From Octopus sinensis (taxonomy: Eukaryota), in the NCBI RefSeq assembly GCF_006345805.1, contig NC_043001.1, positions 30,256,001-30,320,000 of the forward strand: 64,000 nt of DNA, written 5' to 3'. Below, one piece after another: positions 1 through 12,616 of the stretch. Numbering within the stretch: position 1 is the first letter of the stretch; the number at the start of each line of letters is the position of its first letter. The notes beneath the pieces were generated by a model. That model saw nothing but the letters and a program-made list of their open reading frames with translations, made no database searches and had not been told where the DNA came from. Position numbers and translations under genes: made by a program.

Positions 1-162
1 GCTGGTCCTTTGAATCACAGGTACACCTCATTTTTGCCAGCTGAGTGGACTGGAGCAACATGAAATAGAGTGTCTTGCTCTAGGGCACAACGCACCACTG
101 GAAATAATACTGATGGCCTTATGATCATGAGCTGAATACCCTAACCGCTAAGCTATACACCT
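1..162 (-). mobile_element. tRNA-headed SINE, family C, 5' part
   Basis: Reverse complement resembles the head of the copy at 182-523 (GTGTCTTGCTC / GAGCAAGACAC central box). The two copies are head-to-head. Confidence 0.6.
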
Positions 163-181
163 TATTTATTATTCTTATGGT

Positions 182-523
182 CAGGTGAAGGCACATGGCT
201 CAGTGGTTTGAGCATCGAGCTTATGATCGTGAGGTCGTGAGTTCGAATCCTGGACCGGGCTGCGTGTTGTGTTCTTGAGCAAGACACTTTATTTCAAGTT
301 GCTCCAGTTCACTCAGCTGTAGAAATGAGTTGCGACGTCAAAGGTACCAAACTGTATCAACCCCTTTACCTTTCCCTTGGATGAGACTGGTTGCGTGGAG
401 CAGGGAGACCAGTATGCATGGGCGACTGCTGGTCCTCCATAAACAACCTTGCCCGGACTTGTACCTGGGAGGGTAACTTTCTAGGTGAAATCCCATGGTC
501 AGTCATGACCGAAGGGGGTCTCA
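182..523 (+). mobile_element. tRNA-headed SINE, family C
   Basis: Box A TGGCTCAGTGG, box B GTTCGAATCC, TTGAGCAAGACACTT central motif. A closely similar reverse copy lies at 16140-16477. Confidence 0.8.
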
Positions 524-875
524 GCAGGAGCATTCAGCAGCAGGTCAGGTACCAACTTGGGCCATGGCAACAAAGTCCACCTGCCACACATCTTGCTCCA
601 ACATCACTGCCTCAAGGTCCTGAATACATTCCAGGCCAGTGTTTGCAATCAGGTTGATGTGTGATGATGCTTTCCTCTTCTTACATAACTATGAAGTGGG
701 TTCCACAAAACTAATTTAGATGTCTGCAGTTCAGGGTGGCACACACAGAGACCAGATAATTGCAGCCATCTTTGCATGATGTTCTCGCTAACTTTTGGCA
801 GCTCTGCCATTCACATTTTAAACATTTACACTGTTATATATATAATACTGTACATTTCAGATAATATATATATAT

Positions 876-1089
876 ATACTCTTTTACTTGTTTCAGTCAT
901 TTGACTGCGGCCATGCTGGAGCACCGCCTTTAATCGTGCAACTCGACCCCGGGACTTATTCTTTTGTAAGCCCAGTACTTATTCTATCGGTCTCTTTTGC
1001 CGAACCGCTAAGTAACAGGGACATAAACACACCAGCATCGATTGTCAAGCAATGCTAGGGGGACAAACACAGACACATGAACACACACA

Positions 1090-1158
<69 letters not shown>

Positions 1159-1239
1159 ATAATAAATATTAGGGAATAAATCCAAATTTACAGGGAAAAA
1201 TCCTTGTTTGATTTGCAAAATAGTGGTTTTGTCTCGAAT

Positions 1240-1282
<43 letters not shown>

Positions 1283-1447
1283 TACGACGGGCTTCTTTCA
1301 GTTTCCATCTACCAAATCCACTCACAAGGCTTTGGTCAGCCCGAGGCCATAGTAGAAGACACTTGCCCAAGGTGCCTTGCAGTGGGACTGAACCTGGAAC
1401 CATGTGGTTGGTAAACAAGCTACTTATCACACAGCTACTCCTGCGCC
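876..1447 (-). mobile_element. tRNA-headed SINE, family A, with expanded internal (TA)n and a short insertion
   Basis: Reverse of the GGCGCAGGAGTGGCTGTGTGG head and the GAAACAAGTAAAAGAG tail. Closely matches the copy at 1861-2240. Confidence 0.85.
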
Positions 1448-1860
1448 TATATATATATATATATACTGGATGAGCCCAGTATATTCTCCTATATTCTGTA
1501 CTGAATCCACTGAATCCAAAAGGAAAATTATTTACTTTATAGACAAGCTCTGTCATGTTTTGCTGCACTTTCACAAACTACATTATACTAGCACTATATT
1601 TCAACTTATCTTTCAGTTCAACCACATATTTGCTTATAGTTTGGTCAACAGAATTGCCATACAAGATATAAAACTTGTATTTTTGACTATGGTGTTCTGT
1701 GTGACTGCAATTGACCACTAGAGTGCTACACCACTGCTATGATTTTGTTGTCATTTACTCATTACAGACAGACGAAAATTAAACATTCCTTTCATCTTTC
1801 TTGAAGAATTTCCATTTAGATAATTAAAAAAAGTTTCTTAAAGTTGATGCAATAAATATA

Positions 1861-2240
1861 GGCGCAGGAGTGGCTGTGTGGTAAGCAGCTTGCTAACCAA
1901 CCACATGGTTCCGGGTTCAGTCCCACTGCGTGGCATCTTGGGCAAGTGTCTTCTGCTATAGCCCCGGGCCAACCAATGCCTTGTGAGTGGATTTGGTAGA
2001 CGGAAACTGAAAGAAGCCTGTCGTATATATGTATATATATATATATGTGTGTGTTTGTCCCCCTAGCATTGCTTGACAACCGATCCTGGTGTGTTTACGT
2101 CCCCGTCACTTAGCGGTTCGGCAAAAGAGACCGATAGAATAAGTACTGGGCTTACAAAGAATAAGTCCCGGGGTCGATTTGCTTGACTAAAGACGGTGCT
2201 CCAGCATGGCCGCAGTCAAATGACTGAAACAAGTAAAACA
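1861..2240 (+). mobile_element. tRNA-headed SINE, family A, full length
   Basis: Box A TGGCTGTGTGG, box B GGTTCAGTCCC, CTTGGGCAAGTGTCTT core and internal (TA)(TG) tract. About 15 related copies in the window. Similar in kind to described tRNA-derived octopus SINEs; family not assigned. Confidence 0.9.
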
Positions 2241-2696
2241 ATAAAACAAACAAAAAAAAAAATAATTAATTAAATGATGTAAGACTTATATCAGGAGTGG
2301 GTTATATATCCTGGGGTAGGTATAACGAGATGATGTCACTTGAGCACATAACTATCAATGTACCATAGCAACATTTTGTAAGTCTATATTCGTAGACTAT
2401 AATATTTTGGCTCATTTTCAATATTTTATTGTTTGTAACAATTATTGTACTGAGCAAACTTATGCTTATCCAGCTCTCTAGAGTACAACACTTGGTCTCC
2501 TATATGTAATACAACCACATTACACACCAGACAATTTTTTTATACATTTAAAAATAACAAAAAGTGCATCTTATACACCTACAAATAAGCTAACTCAATA
2601 GTAATTCATTTCCCCTAAGTACCATGAAATAACAGACGACACTTTACTTATAGAAAGTTGGTAAATCTAACCAGGTTCTGTTTTGTTTTATGGTTT

Positions 2697-3098
2697 ACTC
2701 TTTTACTCTTTTACTTGTTTCAGTCATATGACTGCGGCCATGCTGGAGCACCGCCTTTAGTCGAGCAAATCGACCCCAAGACTTATTCTTTGGAAGCCTA
2801 GTACTTATTCTATCGGTCTCTTTTGCCGAACCGCTAAGTTACGGGGACGTAAACACACCAGCATCGGTTGTCAAGCGATGTTGGGGGAACAAACACAGAC
2901 ACACAAATACACACACACATATATATACATATATACGACAGGCTTCTTTCAGTTTCCGTCTACCAAATCCACTCACTAGGCTTTGGTTGGACCGAGGCTA
3001 TAGTAGAAGACACTTGCCCAAGGTGCCAAGCAGTAGGACTGAACCCAGAACCATGTGGTTGGTAAGCAAGGTACTAACCACACAGCCACTCCTGCGCC
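2697..3098 (-). mobile_element. SINE family A, full length
   Basis: Reverse complement of 1861-2240. Confidence 0.9.
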
Positions 3099-3426
3099 TA
3101 ATAATCAGTGCCCTGGATTTATTTTTACCTGAAGCAACCACAGATGTCACTAATAATTAACACAAGGATATTTATATTATGAAGTCATACTTTGTAATAC
3201 AAATATGAATGTAAAATCGAAATAAAAGATTTGTGGGATATTGTGCTGGATTCAGTTATGGTTATGCAAACTAATATATAAAAATCTAAGTGTCTTTACT
3301 ATGGACATCATGCATTGTCTAACAACAGATATAAAGCAATTGTTGGGTTCTTTGACTGGGACTGCTTCTGTATTACTTGATATTAACCATATTAAATAAA
3401 TTGTTTAATTAAATTTTATGTTCCAG

Positions 3427-3628
3427 AGAAAAATTTGGTGAGCAACTTGATAAAAGCAGCTGTTCTTAGCCAAACAAATAACAGTGTTAATGTTCAAAAT
3501 GTGAATGGCAGAGAGCATCACCAAATAACAACTCTGCCACCTATAAGAGAGAACACAGCAGTTAAAGATATAACATTTTCCAATAATATTAATCAAGAAA
3601 ACAGGAAAAGATCTTCAAAAGTAGACAG
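3427..3628 (+). CDS. internal coding exon (phase 1 to 2) of an Asn/Ser/Thr-rich, probably secreted protein
   Basis: Acceptor TTTTATGTTCCAG|, donor AG|GTAACC. Only one frame is open: KNLVSNLIKAAVLSQTNNSV...ENRKRSSKVD. Phase matches the exon at 7607. Confidence 0.55.
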
Positions 3629-3789
3629 GTAACCCTTTTAGTTTACTACACCTGTTTAAATGCTTCAAATAAGCATTTAAAATTTCAAGAAATATCAAAT
3701 AATCTCTAAATAGTTTCTATCCAGCAAAATCTCTGACTGTGGCTAATTAAATAGCTAACAGTTCATTAGTTATCATCATCATCATTGCG

Positions 3790-4255
3790 AAAACCTGTTG
3801 GGGCAAGTGAAATCGAAATCGAAATCAGAATCAAAATTGAACCAATCCTATGACTGGCACCCGGCAGTTGCCAGGACCCCTGGACTGGTGGTACGTAAAA
3901 AGCACTATCCAAATCGTGGCCGATGCCAGCGCCGCCTCGACTGGCTTCCGTGCCGGTGGCACGTAAAAAGCACCATCCGAATCGTGGCCGATGCCAGTGC
4001 TGCCTCGACTGGCTTCCATGCCGGTGGCACATAAAATGCACCAATCCGACCGTGGCCATTGCCAGCCTCGCCTGTAAAAAGCACCCACTACACTCACGGA
4101 GTGGTTGGCATTAGGAAGGGCATCCAGCTGTAGAAACACTGCCAGATAAGACTGGAGCCTGATGCAGCCTTCTGGCTTCCCAGATCCCCGGTCGAACCGT
4201 GCAACCCATGCTAGCATGGAGAACGTACGTTAAACGATGATGATGATGATGATGA
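3790..4255 (+). mobile_element. SINE family B (internal ~60-bp tandem units, (GAT)n tail)
   Basis: GTGCCGGTGGCACGTAAAAAGCAC units, TTAGGAAGGGCATCCAGCTGTAG body, GATGATGAT tail. About 15 related copies in the window. Confidence 0.85.
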
Positions 4256-4256
4256 T

Positions 4257-4550
4257 GATCCGTCTTCCATGCTGGCATGGGTTGGACAGTTGGGCTGAAA
4301 ACTGGTAAACTGGGGAGCTACACCAGGTTCCAATCTCATTTGGCATGGTTTCTGCATCTGAATGCCCTTCCTAATGCCAACCACTCCAAGAGTGTAGTGG
4401 ATGCTTCTTAAGTGCCACTTCTTACATGCCAGTTATGAAACACTAGCATTAGCCATGTCTATGATCTCACTTGGCTTGACAAGTCTTCTCAAGCACGGAA
4501 TTTTGCCAAAGGTCTCAGTCACTTGTCACTGCTTCTGTGAGTCCAAAGTT
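4257..4550 (-). mobile_element. SINE family B / RTE-type 3' end, tail-to-tail with the previous copy
   Basis: Reverse of the CCAACCCATGCCAGCATGGAA tail and the CTTGAGAAGAC RTE-like segment. Confidence 0.7.
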
Positions 4551-4854
4551 TGGTGAATATTAAAATTAAAGTTAAGCAGTTTTAATTAGTATAAATTTTT
4601 TAATTAGTATAAATTAGTATAAATTTTTATTTACTAATTCCTTTCTCATTAACAGCTTACTACATGCATAAATCACCATGCACTCCTGTATATATGTTAA
4701 AGCAATCGTGCTCAAATGTTTTGTGCAAATCTCACATATTCATTATAATTACAATTTGGTATTTTATTATCTGATTTTCTTCCTCAGAGATAATAAATAT
4801 CTCTGGTTTGAACATCTTGTAATACTCTGCAAGGCATACTAAAGCATATTTTCA

Positions 4855-5082
4855 TATGCACACACACACACACACCACCACACATGCATGCATGCATGCA
4901 CACACACACATGCATGCATGCACGCACACACACATGCACACACACACACAAACACACATACACATGCATGCATGCAAACACACATGCGCATGCACACATG
5001 CGCATGCACACACACACATGCATGCAAACACACACATACACACACACACATGTATGCACACACACACACATGTGCGCACACA
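4855..5082. repeat. (CA)n/(CATG)n compound microsatellite
   Basis: Directly visible. Explains six spurious His/Thr or Cys/Val ORFs. Confidence 0.95.
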
Positions 5083-5569
5083 TATTTTAATATTTCATTT
5101 AGGTATGGCGATACTAACAACCTAGTGTAGAACTCAGAATACATATGCTTCAAAATGAAGTGTCACCTGTGTACAGAGTGGTAATTAGAAGTTGAGATGA
5201 CAAAGAAATAAACAATGACCTTAATTAGCTTGCATCTGATTCTGCTATAAGAAGCAGTGCTCTCAGCACTCAGCCATCAGTTCACTGCATCTTATAGCAG
5301 AAACAGATGTAAGCTAATGAAGTTCATATGATAACTATTTATTCCTTTGCCATCTCAATTTCTTATATACATATGTATTATATATATTTCTTATATATAT
5401 ATAAGAAATAGATAAGAGAGCAGTTGCCATATTTCATTCAATATCATCTACCTCTGATGAGTGCAGAGTTACATAATCGGATTGTTACTTAACACTCTGT
5501 TGAATCCCTAGCACAAAACTGATTGGTAAAATTGGTCATAATGGATATATAATACTGTACATTTCAGAT

Positions 5570-5716
5570 TGTGTGGTAAGTAGCTTGCTTACCAACCACA
5601 TGGTTGCGGGGTCAGTCCCACTGCATGGCATCTTGGGCAAGTGTCTTCTGCTATAGCCTCAGGCCGACCAAAGCCTTGTGAGTGGATTTGATAGACGGAA
5701 ACTGAAAGAAGCCTGT

Positions 5717-5775
<59 letters not shown>

Positions 5776-5973
5776 ATATGTTTGTCCCTCTAGCATTGCT
5801 TGACAACCGATGCTGGTGTGTTTACGTCCCATCACTTAGCGGTTCGGCAAAAGAGACTGATAGAATAAGTACTGGGCTTACAAAGAATAAGTCCTGGGGT
5901 CGATTTGCTCGACTAAAGGCGGTGCTCCAGCATGGCCACAGTCAAATGACTGAAACAAGTAAAAGAGTAAAAG
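5570..5973 (+). mobile_element. SINE family A, slightly 5'-truncated
   Basis: Matches 1861-2240, with a long internal (TA)n. Confidence 0.85.
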
Positions 5974-5974
5974 A

Positions 5975-6009
<35 letters not shown>

Positions 6010-6015
<6 letters not shown>

Positions 6016-6340
6016 TGCTGGATGTGCAATGCCAGTGTACATGTACAGAAGAGTGCTAGTGTACTGAGAGAAAAGTTAGGCCTAAGCAGAATCATATGCA
6101 GTGCACAAGAGAGGAGACTGTGCTGGTTTGGTCACATGAAATGGATAGATGAGGGCAGTTACATAAACAAGGGCTAATCACTTAAGTGGAGGGAAGTTGT
6201 GGGAGAGGGAGACCCAGGAAGACATAGGACAAAGTTTTGAAGACTGATCTCAAAATTTTGAGCCTTACACAGGAAATGACAAAGGACTGAGATATGTGGC
6301 ACATTGCTGTACTCAAGAAGACCAACCCACCACAGCGGTA
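6010..6340 (+). mobile_element. RTE-clade LINE 3' fragment, degenerate
   Basis: ERRLCWFGHM followed, after frameshift, by GRGRPRKT..VLKTDL, the typical RTE ORF C-terminus. Confidence 0.7.
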
Positions 6341-7069
6341 TTGGTATCCTAAGACCAAAGTGCTATGTAAAAAGCACCAGTGTTGGGTCTGGTGCCATGT
6401 AAAAAGCATTGATGTTGGTGTTACATAAAATGGAGCCAGTACACTTTGTAAAGTAATTGGCTTTTGGAGGGCCATCCAGCTGTAAAGCCCAGTAAAAGCA
6501 GATTATTGAACCTGGTGTGCAGGCCCTGGTCCTGTCAGTTCATGTCAAGCTATTCAACCCATGCCAGCATGGAAAACAAATATTAAATGATGATGATGGT
6601 GGTGGTGGTGGTGTTGGTGGTGATGATGATGGAAGGCATTAATTTAAATTAAGAATTAGGAGTTTTGTATCTTATGAGCAGAGGCAGTCTTAAACAGTTT
6701 GGTATTAAAAGGGTTAATGAATTAAAATTTTCAAAAAAATTGAATGCATTTCAGAAAATATAGTAATAAATTCTAACAGTGACCACATTCAGGGGACATT
6801 TTACTGTTTCACTGTTTTGTCATGTGTTTCATTTGACCAATAGCAGAATAGTCATCTGTCTGCCATTTTAGCTCTTTCATGGCTTTAATCTTTTTGACTC
6901 AGCTCTCTTTTTGACTGCCTAAAATCACAAGAAACATTGTGCTGGATGTAAAATCATTGGGGAATCTTAATTTCTATCAGTTTATAATATATATCTTTTA
7001 TCTATTTTATTTTTTTTATTTTATCTAGTTTCAGCTCACGGGCTGTGGCCAATCTGGGGTACTGCCATT

Positions 7070-7228
7070 CGAAACATTCAACTTATATATATATACTATA
7101 TATATAATAACATTCAACTTATATATATATTATATATATAATAACATTCAACTTATATATATATTATATATATAATAACATTCAACTTATATATATATTA
7201 TATATATTATTCAACTTATATATATATT
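7070..7228. repeat. minisatellite, ~33-35-bp unit ACATTCAACTTATATATATATTATATATATAATA, about 5 copies
   Basis: Directly visible. Confidence 0.85.
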
Positions 7229-7606
7229 ATCTCTGTTTTTTTTTGTTTTGTCATTTTCTTCTTATACACATTCAACCTAACAAGTATATTATTTAATTGA
7301 CTTTGTAAAGCACAAGCATGTATATGCATTTTCTACAACACATTTAGGTAAACTTAAATTTGATTGATGTTGTAGCGCTGATAAACCATGTCCTAACTAC
7401 CTTTGAATTATCGTACCAGTAAAACAGATAAAACTGAAAGAGGTTTACTTCTAATAGCATAAGGGGGAAAATGTGAAACTATACATCAGCTATTATCATC
7501 ATTATGTCTGTGAACATCCTTTGATTTTCTACAAATTTATTTCTTAGTAAATGAATTAATTAACTTTAACATTCTGTTTTAATTTATGAAGGTTAATTCT
7601 TGAAAG

Positions 7607-7722
7607 TCCAACTGAACCTGAAGGAAAAGCAGCAGGAAACCAGAATTTTCAGAATTCAGTGTCAAATAGACCTCCAACAGACACAAAATTAAATGAAAGT
7701 GACAAATTAAAAGATCATTGCT
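7607..7722 (+). CDS. internal coding exon (phase 2 to 1), same gene as 3427-3628
   Basis: TTAATTCTTGAAAG|T CCA...TGC T|GTATGT. 116 bp, open as (S)PTEPEGKAAGNQNFQNSVSNRPPTDTKLNESDKLKDHC, in frame with the upstream exon. Confidence 0.55.
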
Positions 7723-7974
7723 GTATGTATAAATTATGTAATAGTAAATTTTATAAAATAATAATTTTTCATTGGTGCAGGAGTGGCTGTGTGGTAAGTA
7801 GCTTGCTTACCAACCACATGGTTCTGGGTTCAGTCCCACTGCATGGCACCGTGGGCAAGTGTCTTCTACTATAGCCTCAGGTCTACCAAAACCATGTGGG
7901 TGGATTTGGTAGACGGAAACTGAAAGAAGCCCGTCGTATATATGTATATATATGTCAAGTCTATATTTCTAACA

Positions 7975-8300
7975 TCATCATCATCATTTAACGTCTGTTT
8001 TCAATGCTAGCATGGGTTGGACGGTTTGACCAGGCTCTGGGAAGCCAAGAGGCTGCACCAGGCTCCAGTCTGATCTGGCAGTGTTTCTACAGATGGATAC
8101 CCTTCCTAATACCAACCACTCCGTGAATGTAGTGGGTGCTTTTTACGTGCCACCAGCACAGAAGCCAGTCAAGGCGGCGTTGCCATCAGCCACGTTCAGA
8201 TGGTGCTTTTTATGTGCCACCGGCACAGATATCACAACAACAATTTCCATTTGATTTTTATTTTGATATTGATGAACTTGACTCAATAGGTCTCCTCAAG
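7975..8300 (-). mobile_element. SINE family B
   Basis: (CAT)n start and reverse body motifs. Preceded by a family A head at 7774-7950. Confidence 0.8.
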
Positions 8301-8423
8301 CACAAAGATTAAGTTTTTATCTGGTGTCCCTATGATCTAATATGTTACCTGAGTTTCCCCAACATTTAAATGAAAAATACCAGAACATATCAAAAATTAA
8401 AGCACTCTATTGTATTTTCACAG

Positions 8424-8503
8424 GCAATGAAGGAATGAGAAGATCAGCCGAAACATATATATCGAGAGATGAAATTTTGAACTGGAAACCCGAGGAGCAA
8501 TAA
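8424..8503 (+). CDS. candidate terminal exon for the 3427/7607 gene
   Basis: TTGTATTTTCACAG|GC phase-1 acceptor, reading (C)NEGMRRSAETYISRDEILNWKPEEQ*. AATAAA follows within about 20 bp. Confidence 0.4.
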
Positions 8504-8779
8504 TTTTTTTTTTTAAATAAATTTAAAGATCTGTCAAATAAAATTTCTAGATTTATCTTCTTTTTATATTCAAAATTATCAAATTCCATTAAAGAATCCA
8601 TGATCACAGAGACTGGATGCTACTGTTATTGTTACTGTCCTTGTCATTATTTTTTTTTCACTTTTATCAGCCACTAAGGGACATGCTCAATTGGTTATGG
8701 TCAAACAACTGACTAATAAATCTGTGGTATTGAGCAGAATATTTGCTGTAGCCCACCTTTTATACCAAGATAAATTATT

Positions 8780-9345
8780 ATTATTATTATTCTATGTTTG
8801 ACTTTTGCTTTACACTTGTACAAGTTGGCTCCAAGTCTCACCCAGAGACCTCAAGAGACAAGTTGGAAGTTCATGTTGGTGTTACGCCTAGGGTGCCATA
8901 TGTTTGGTTTTGTACTTAGTGTTGTGCTAGTGAATGTCTAAGAAACCATAGGAAAATTATGTTTGTTTTAAAACTTGAGATTACATAGAAAGTATTTTGC
9001 GTAGGATATGAGCAGTTCCCATGATCACTATCTTTTGAATTTCTGCTATTTTGGGGTTTCCTGGTATCTGAGCTAGATAGCAATCAGCCCCTTTTGCTAT
9101 CATTCTCAGGGTATCTATGACAACAGGTATTGTTTTAGTTTTCAGGTTCCACATTTTGCTGATTTCTACTTCAAGATCTTTATATTTGCTCAGTTTTTGG
9201 TAGATCTTGACAGATACGTTTATATCGATTGGGACAGTCATATCAATGAGGAGGCATGATTTTTGTCCAAAGTCTTTCAATATGGTGTCTGACCTATTTG
9301 CATCTATCTTTATCTCAACAAAAAGCAATGCAGTTAATCAAAGTA
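8780..9345 (-). mobile_element. R4/Dong-type non-LTR retrotransposon 3' fragment (restriction-like endonuclease domain, (AAT)n tail)
   Basis: ORF 8981-9328, NRSDTIL...LIDMTVPIDIN...KYKDLEVEISKMW...IPVVI, matches the RLE PD-(D/E)xK C-terminus. TAA-repeat tail at about 8780-8792. Confidence 0.75.
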
Positions 9346-9439
9346 TGCACCTAAATTACCAACTCAGTTTTTGCCATTTTATCAGTAGCTCATTTATGTT
9401 AGCAGTAAAGAATTCTGGAGAGCAAGAGGTAATGAAATT

Positions 9440-10270
9440 ATGAAAGGCTGTTTTCACATTTTCTGCAAATTTGAAGTTTTTCCTTGCAAAAAGTTGTCTA
9501 ATACCTGGAAAATGTGATGGTCAGTTGGTGTAAGGTCTGGTGAATATGGTGGATGACATAGTACTTCCAAGTTCAGTTCCTGTAACTTGAGTAGCATTCT
9601 TTGTGCAACATGTAGTCAAGCATTATCTTGCAAGAAAATTGACCTGTCTGTATTCACCAATCTCGGTTGTTTAATTGCAAGTTCACTCATCATTTCATGC
9701 AATTGCTTGGTGTATACATCTACTGTTATTGACTTACTAGATCTCATGAAGCTGTAGTGGATGACACCAGCACTGGACCACCAGTCAGACACCATTAGCT
9801 TTTTTTGGTGAATATTCTTTTTTGGATTGTGTTTTGACACTTTGTCTCTATCCAACCACCATGCAGAACACTTGCTATTATTGAAAAGAATCCATTTTTC
9901 ATCACATGTAACAATATGATGCAAAAATGGTCTGCTTTTATGCTATGAAAGTGAAGAACAGCAAGTTTCAAGATGACATGTAATTGATGCTCGTTCAGTT
10001 CATGTGGTACTTTTCAAAACATCGACATACAGTGTACTCATTCGCCACATCTTCACTAAACACTTCACTGATGTTCCGAGCTGTCTGGAATGCATTGGTT
10101 CCATGAGAGAACTCATATTCATAAACAGCACGAATTTTTTATCTATCCATGGGTTCACAAAAATTGATTTATAAGAGAAAACTCACAATATAATCAGACA
10201 CTATGAATTGTATTTTGAAAAGTGATGATGTAATTCTCCAATGTTGTAAAACAAAGAATTGTCAGGACAA
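9440..10270 (-). mobile_element. mariner transposase relic
   Basis: IVTCDEKWILF...HQKKLMVSDWWS.GVIHY...LQDNA, mariner DD34D motifs, with stops and frameshifts. Confidence 0.85.
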
Positions 10271-10364
10271 AACATTAGAGTTAACGACTGTCAAACTTGG
10301 TACAAATGACAATGATTAAATACATGTCATATCCACTGTTAAAAAAAAATAGAGTTTTACAAAA

Positions 10365-10735
10365 TTCTTCTTCTTCTAACCACTCAGTCGAAGTCGACTC
10401 TCGGTCACTCGTTGGATCAGTGACCTCCAATCAGTTCTATCCTGAGCCGTTTCTTTCAGACTGGCTATGGCCATTCCTGTGTCACTTGTGAAGGTGTCAA
10501 GCCAGCGGGTTCTTGGTTGGCCTCTTCTTCTCTTGCCACTGACCATTCCGAGCATGATGTCCTTCTCCAGGGGATTTTCTCTGCATAATATGACCAAAAT
10601 ATGCCAATCTATGCTTGGTGATCCTCGCTTCTAGCGACATTTTCAGCCTTATCTGCTTAAGAACTTCTCCATTGGTGAGCCTCGCTGTCCATGGAATCCG
10701 TAAAAGTCTTCTCCAACACCAAAGCTCTAGGGGTT
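10365..10735 (-). mobile_element. RTE-clade LINE 3' end
   Basis: WRRLLRIPW...FGHIM...LEKDIMLGMVSGKRRRGQPRTRWLD...DRTDWRSLI, with a (GAA)n tail. Confidence 0.9.
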
Positions 10736-12616
10736 CCTAATAGGGCCTATTAGACTCTATAAGATTGGCCTTGCATCTGTTAATGTATGTATAGACATGG
10801 ACATGATTTATTTTGAGAGACTAGCAATTGCCCATACATGGTAGTCTCTCATCTTCATACTACTGATATTTATCAAAGGGAAATGCTGAGACAGCTTGGC
10901 ACCAGTGCTGTCATAATCATCGCCATCAGAACACAAAGATCCAGTATGGATACTGCACGGCATCTTGCCTGACTTTCTAACTGTTCTGCCAACTCACCAC
11001 TCTGGGTTATGCTGTTTTTATGAACCTTGAGAAGGTGAAAGGCAAAGTTAACTTCAGTGGAATTGAACTCAGGGTGCAGAAAATTGAAATAAATGCTGCA
11101 AGGTGATTTATCAAATATTCTAATGACTTTGCCAGTTCACCACCTTCCACTGGTATCTTCTACTATGGTTCAGAGCCAAACAATGCCTTGTAAGTGAATT
11201 TGGTATATGGAAACTGTGTGGTGGCCTATTGTGTGTGTGTGTGAATGTATAAACGTGTGTGCATGTGTGTGTCTTTGTGTTTGTATTTGTTCTTGCCCTC
11301 CATGCTTCACAACCGGTGTTGGTTTGTTTACATCCCTGTAACTTGACAGTTCAGCAGAAATGACTGATAGAATAAGTACCAGACTTAAAAATAAGTACTG
11401 GGATCATTTTGCTAAACTAAAGCCCTTTAAGGTGGTGCCCCAGCATGGCTGCAGTCCAGTGTCTAAAGCAAGTAAAAGAAAGAATGTTAAAAGTAAAATT
11501 CTATTTTAATTTAAAAAAATAGAAAATGAAAATCATTTTAAATGCTTAAACTTCTTTTTTATTAATACATCAATTTATTTATTCATTTATTGCTTTTCTT
11601 ATTCTACCGTCAAAGCTTGAACATTTTCATAATTCTTGTATCATAATTCTTGTTTGAGAAATTGATGAATTTCATTGAAAGTCTATTCACATGTAAAATA
11701 CGGTGAAAATTGAACATAAATCTATTAAAACCAATTTTATATTCAACTGGAACCATCTTGCAGATATTTAAAATAAAAACCATAAAATTATGCCTAAATT
11801 AATATGTAATGGTTCCCTAAATTCTCTCTGATGATGAATGTCTTTCATAAAATGTTAATTAATTACTGAATTACAACTATTTCAACGAACTACTTTAATA
11901 AAATGCATACAGTTAAAACGTGAAAAACATATCAATTTGAAGGCTGCTATATTTCACTGTGCTGACAGATGTAAGCATGATATAAAAAAATTATGCAAAC
12001 ACCATCTGCTTTTAAAATACAAGTGCAACATGTTTTTCTATTAAACTCAAAGTGGAAATTTCAGTGAAATGAGCAGTAAGTGACTAATTATCTTACATTT
12101 TCGTTTTAAATTATTTGCTAGAAAAATTAAATGAAATGAAATGATGTGAATTTCATGCTTTTCCTTTAAACTTTATTGACGTTACTACTGAGAATTTGTT
12201 TTAAAAAGTAAAGGGTTAAAACCAAGGTGCAAGATTGGCTTTACTCAATGATGCTTCTCAAAATAATGATTGTGGTTGCTGTTGAGAAGTCCTGGTTAGT
12301 TCTCCATCTGGGCAGAGTTACAACCGAGTAATAGCTAATTAATACTAGGCTTGTTCTGTGTATCCCATGTAATGCACAAGACATATTTCCCTGGTATCCA
12401 TGTCTCATATGTGATACACATTACCAATTATTTTCAATTATCTGATAGAAATGAAGAGAGTGGAGATGATGGTGGTACCTCAAGGTGTAGAAGGGGTGAA
12501 TATAGGTAAAATGATACAGAGGATTGTTCTGGATAAGTGGGCAGAGACACCCACAGAAGGAAGTTTTATAAGAATGTGAGCAGCAATGTTTAGAGATGGG
12601 ATAGAAGTGACTTCTA

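Noticed and set aside
182-260. tRNA-like sequences (also at 1861 and other SINE heads)
   Set aside because: They have box A and B but continue into SINE bodies with no complete cloverleaf, so there is no tRNA gene.
1555-1671. MFCCTFTNYIILALYFNLSFSS..., a signal-peptide-like ORF after an acceptor; possible first exon for 3427
   Set aside because: The only phase-1 donor is a poor A|GTTCAA, so it is not supportable without reads.
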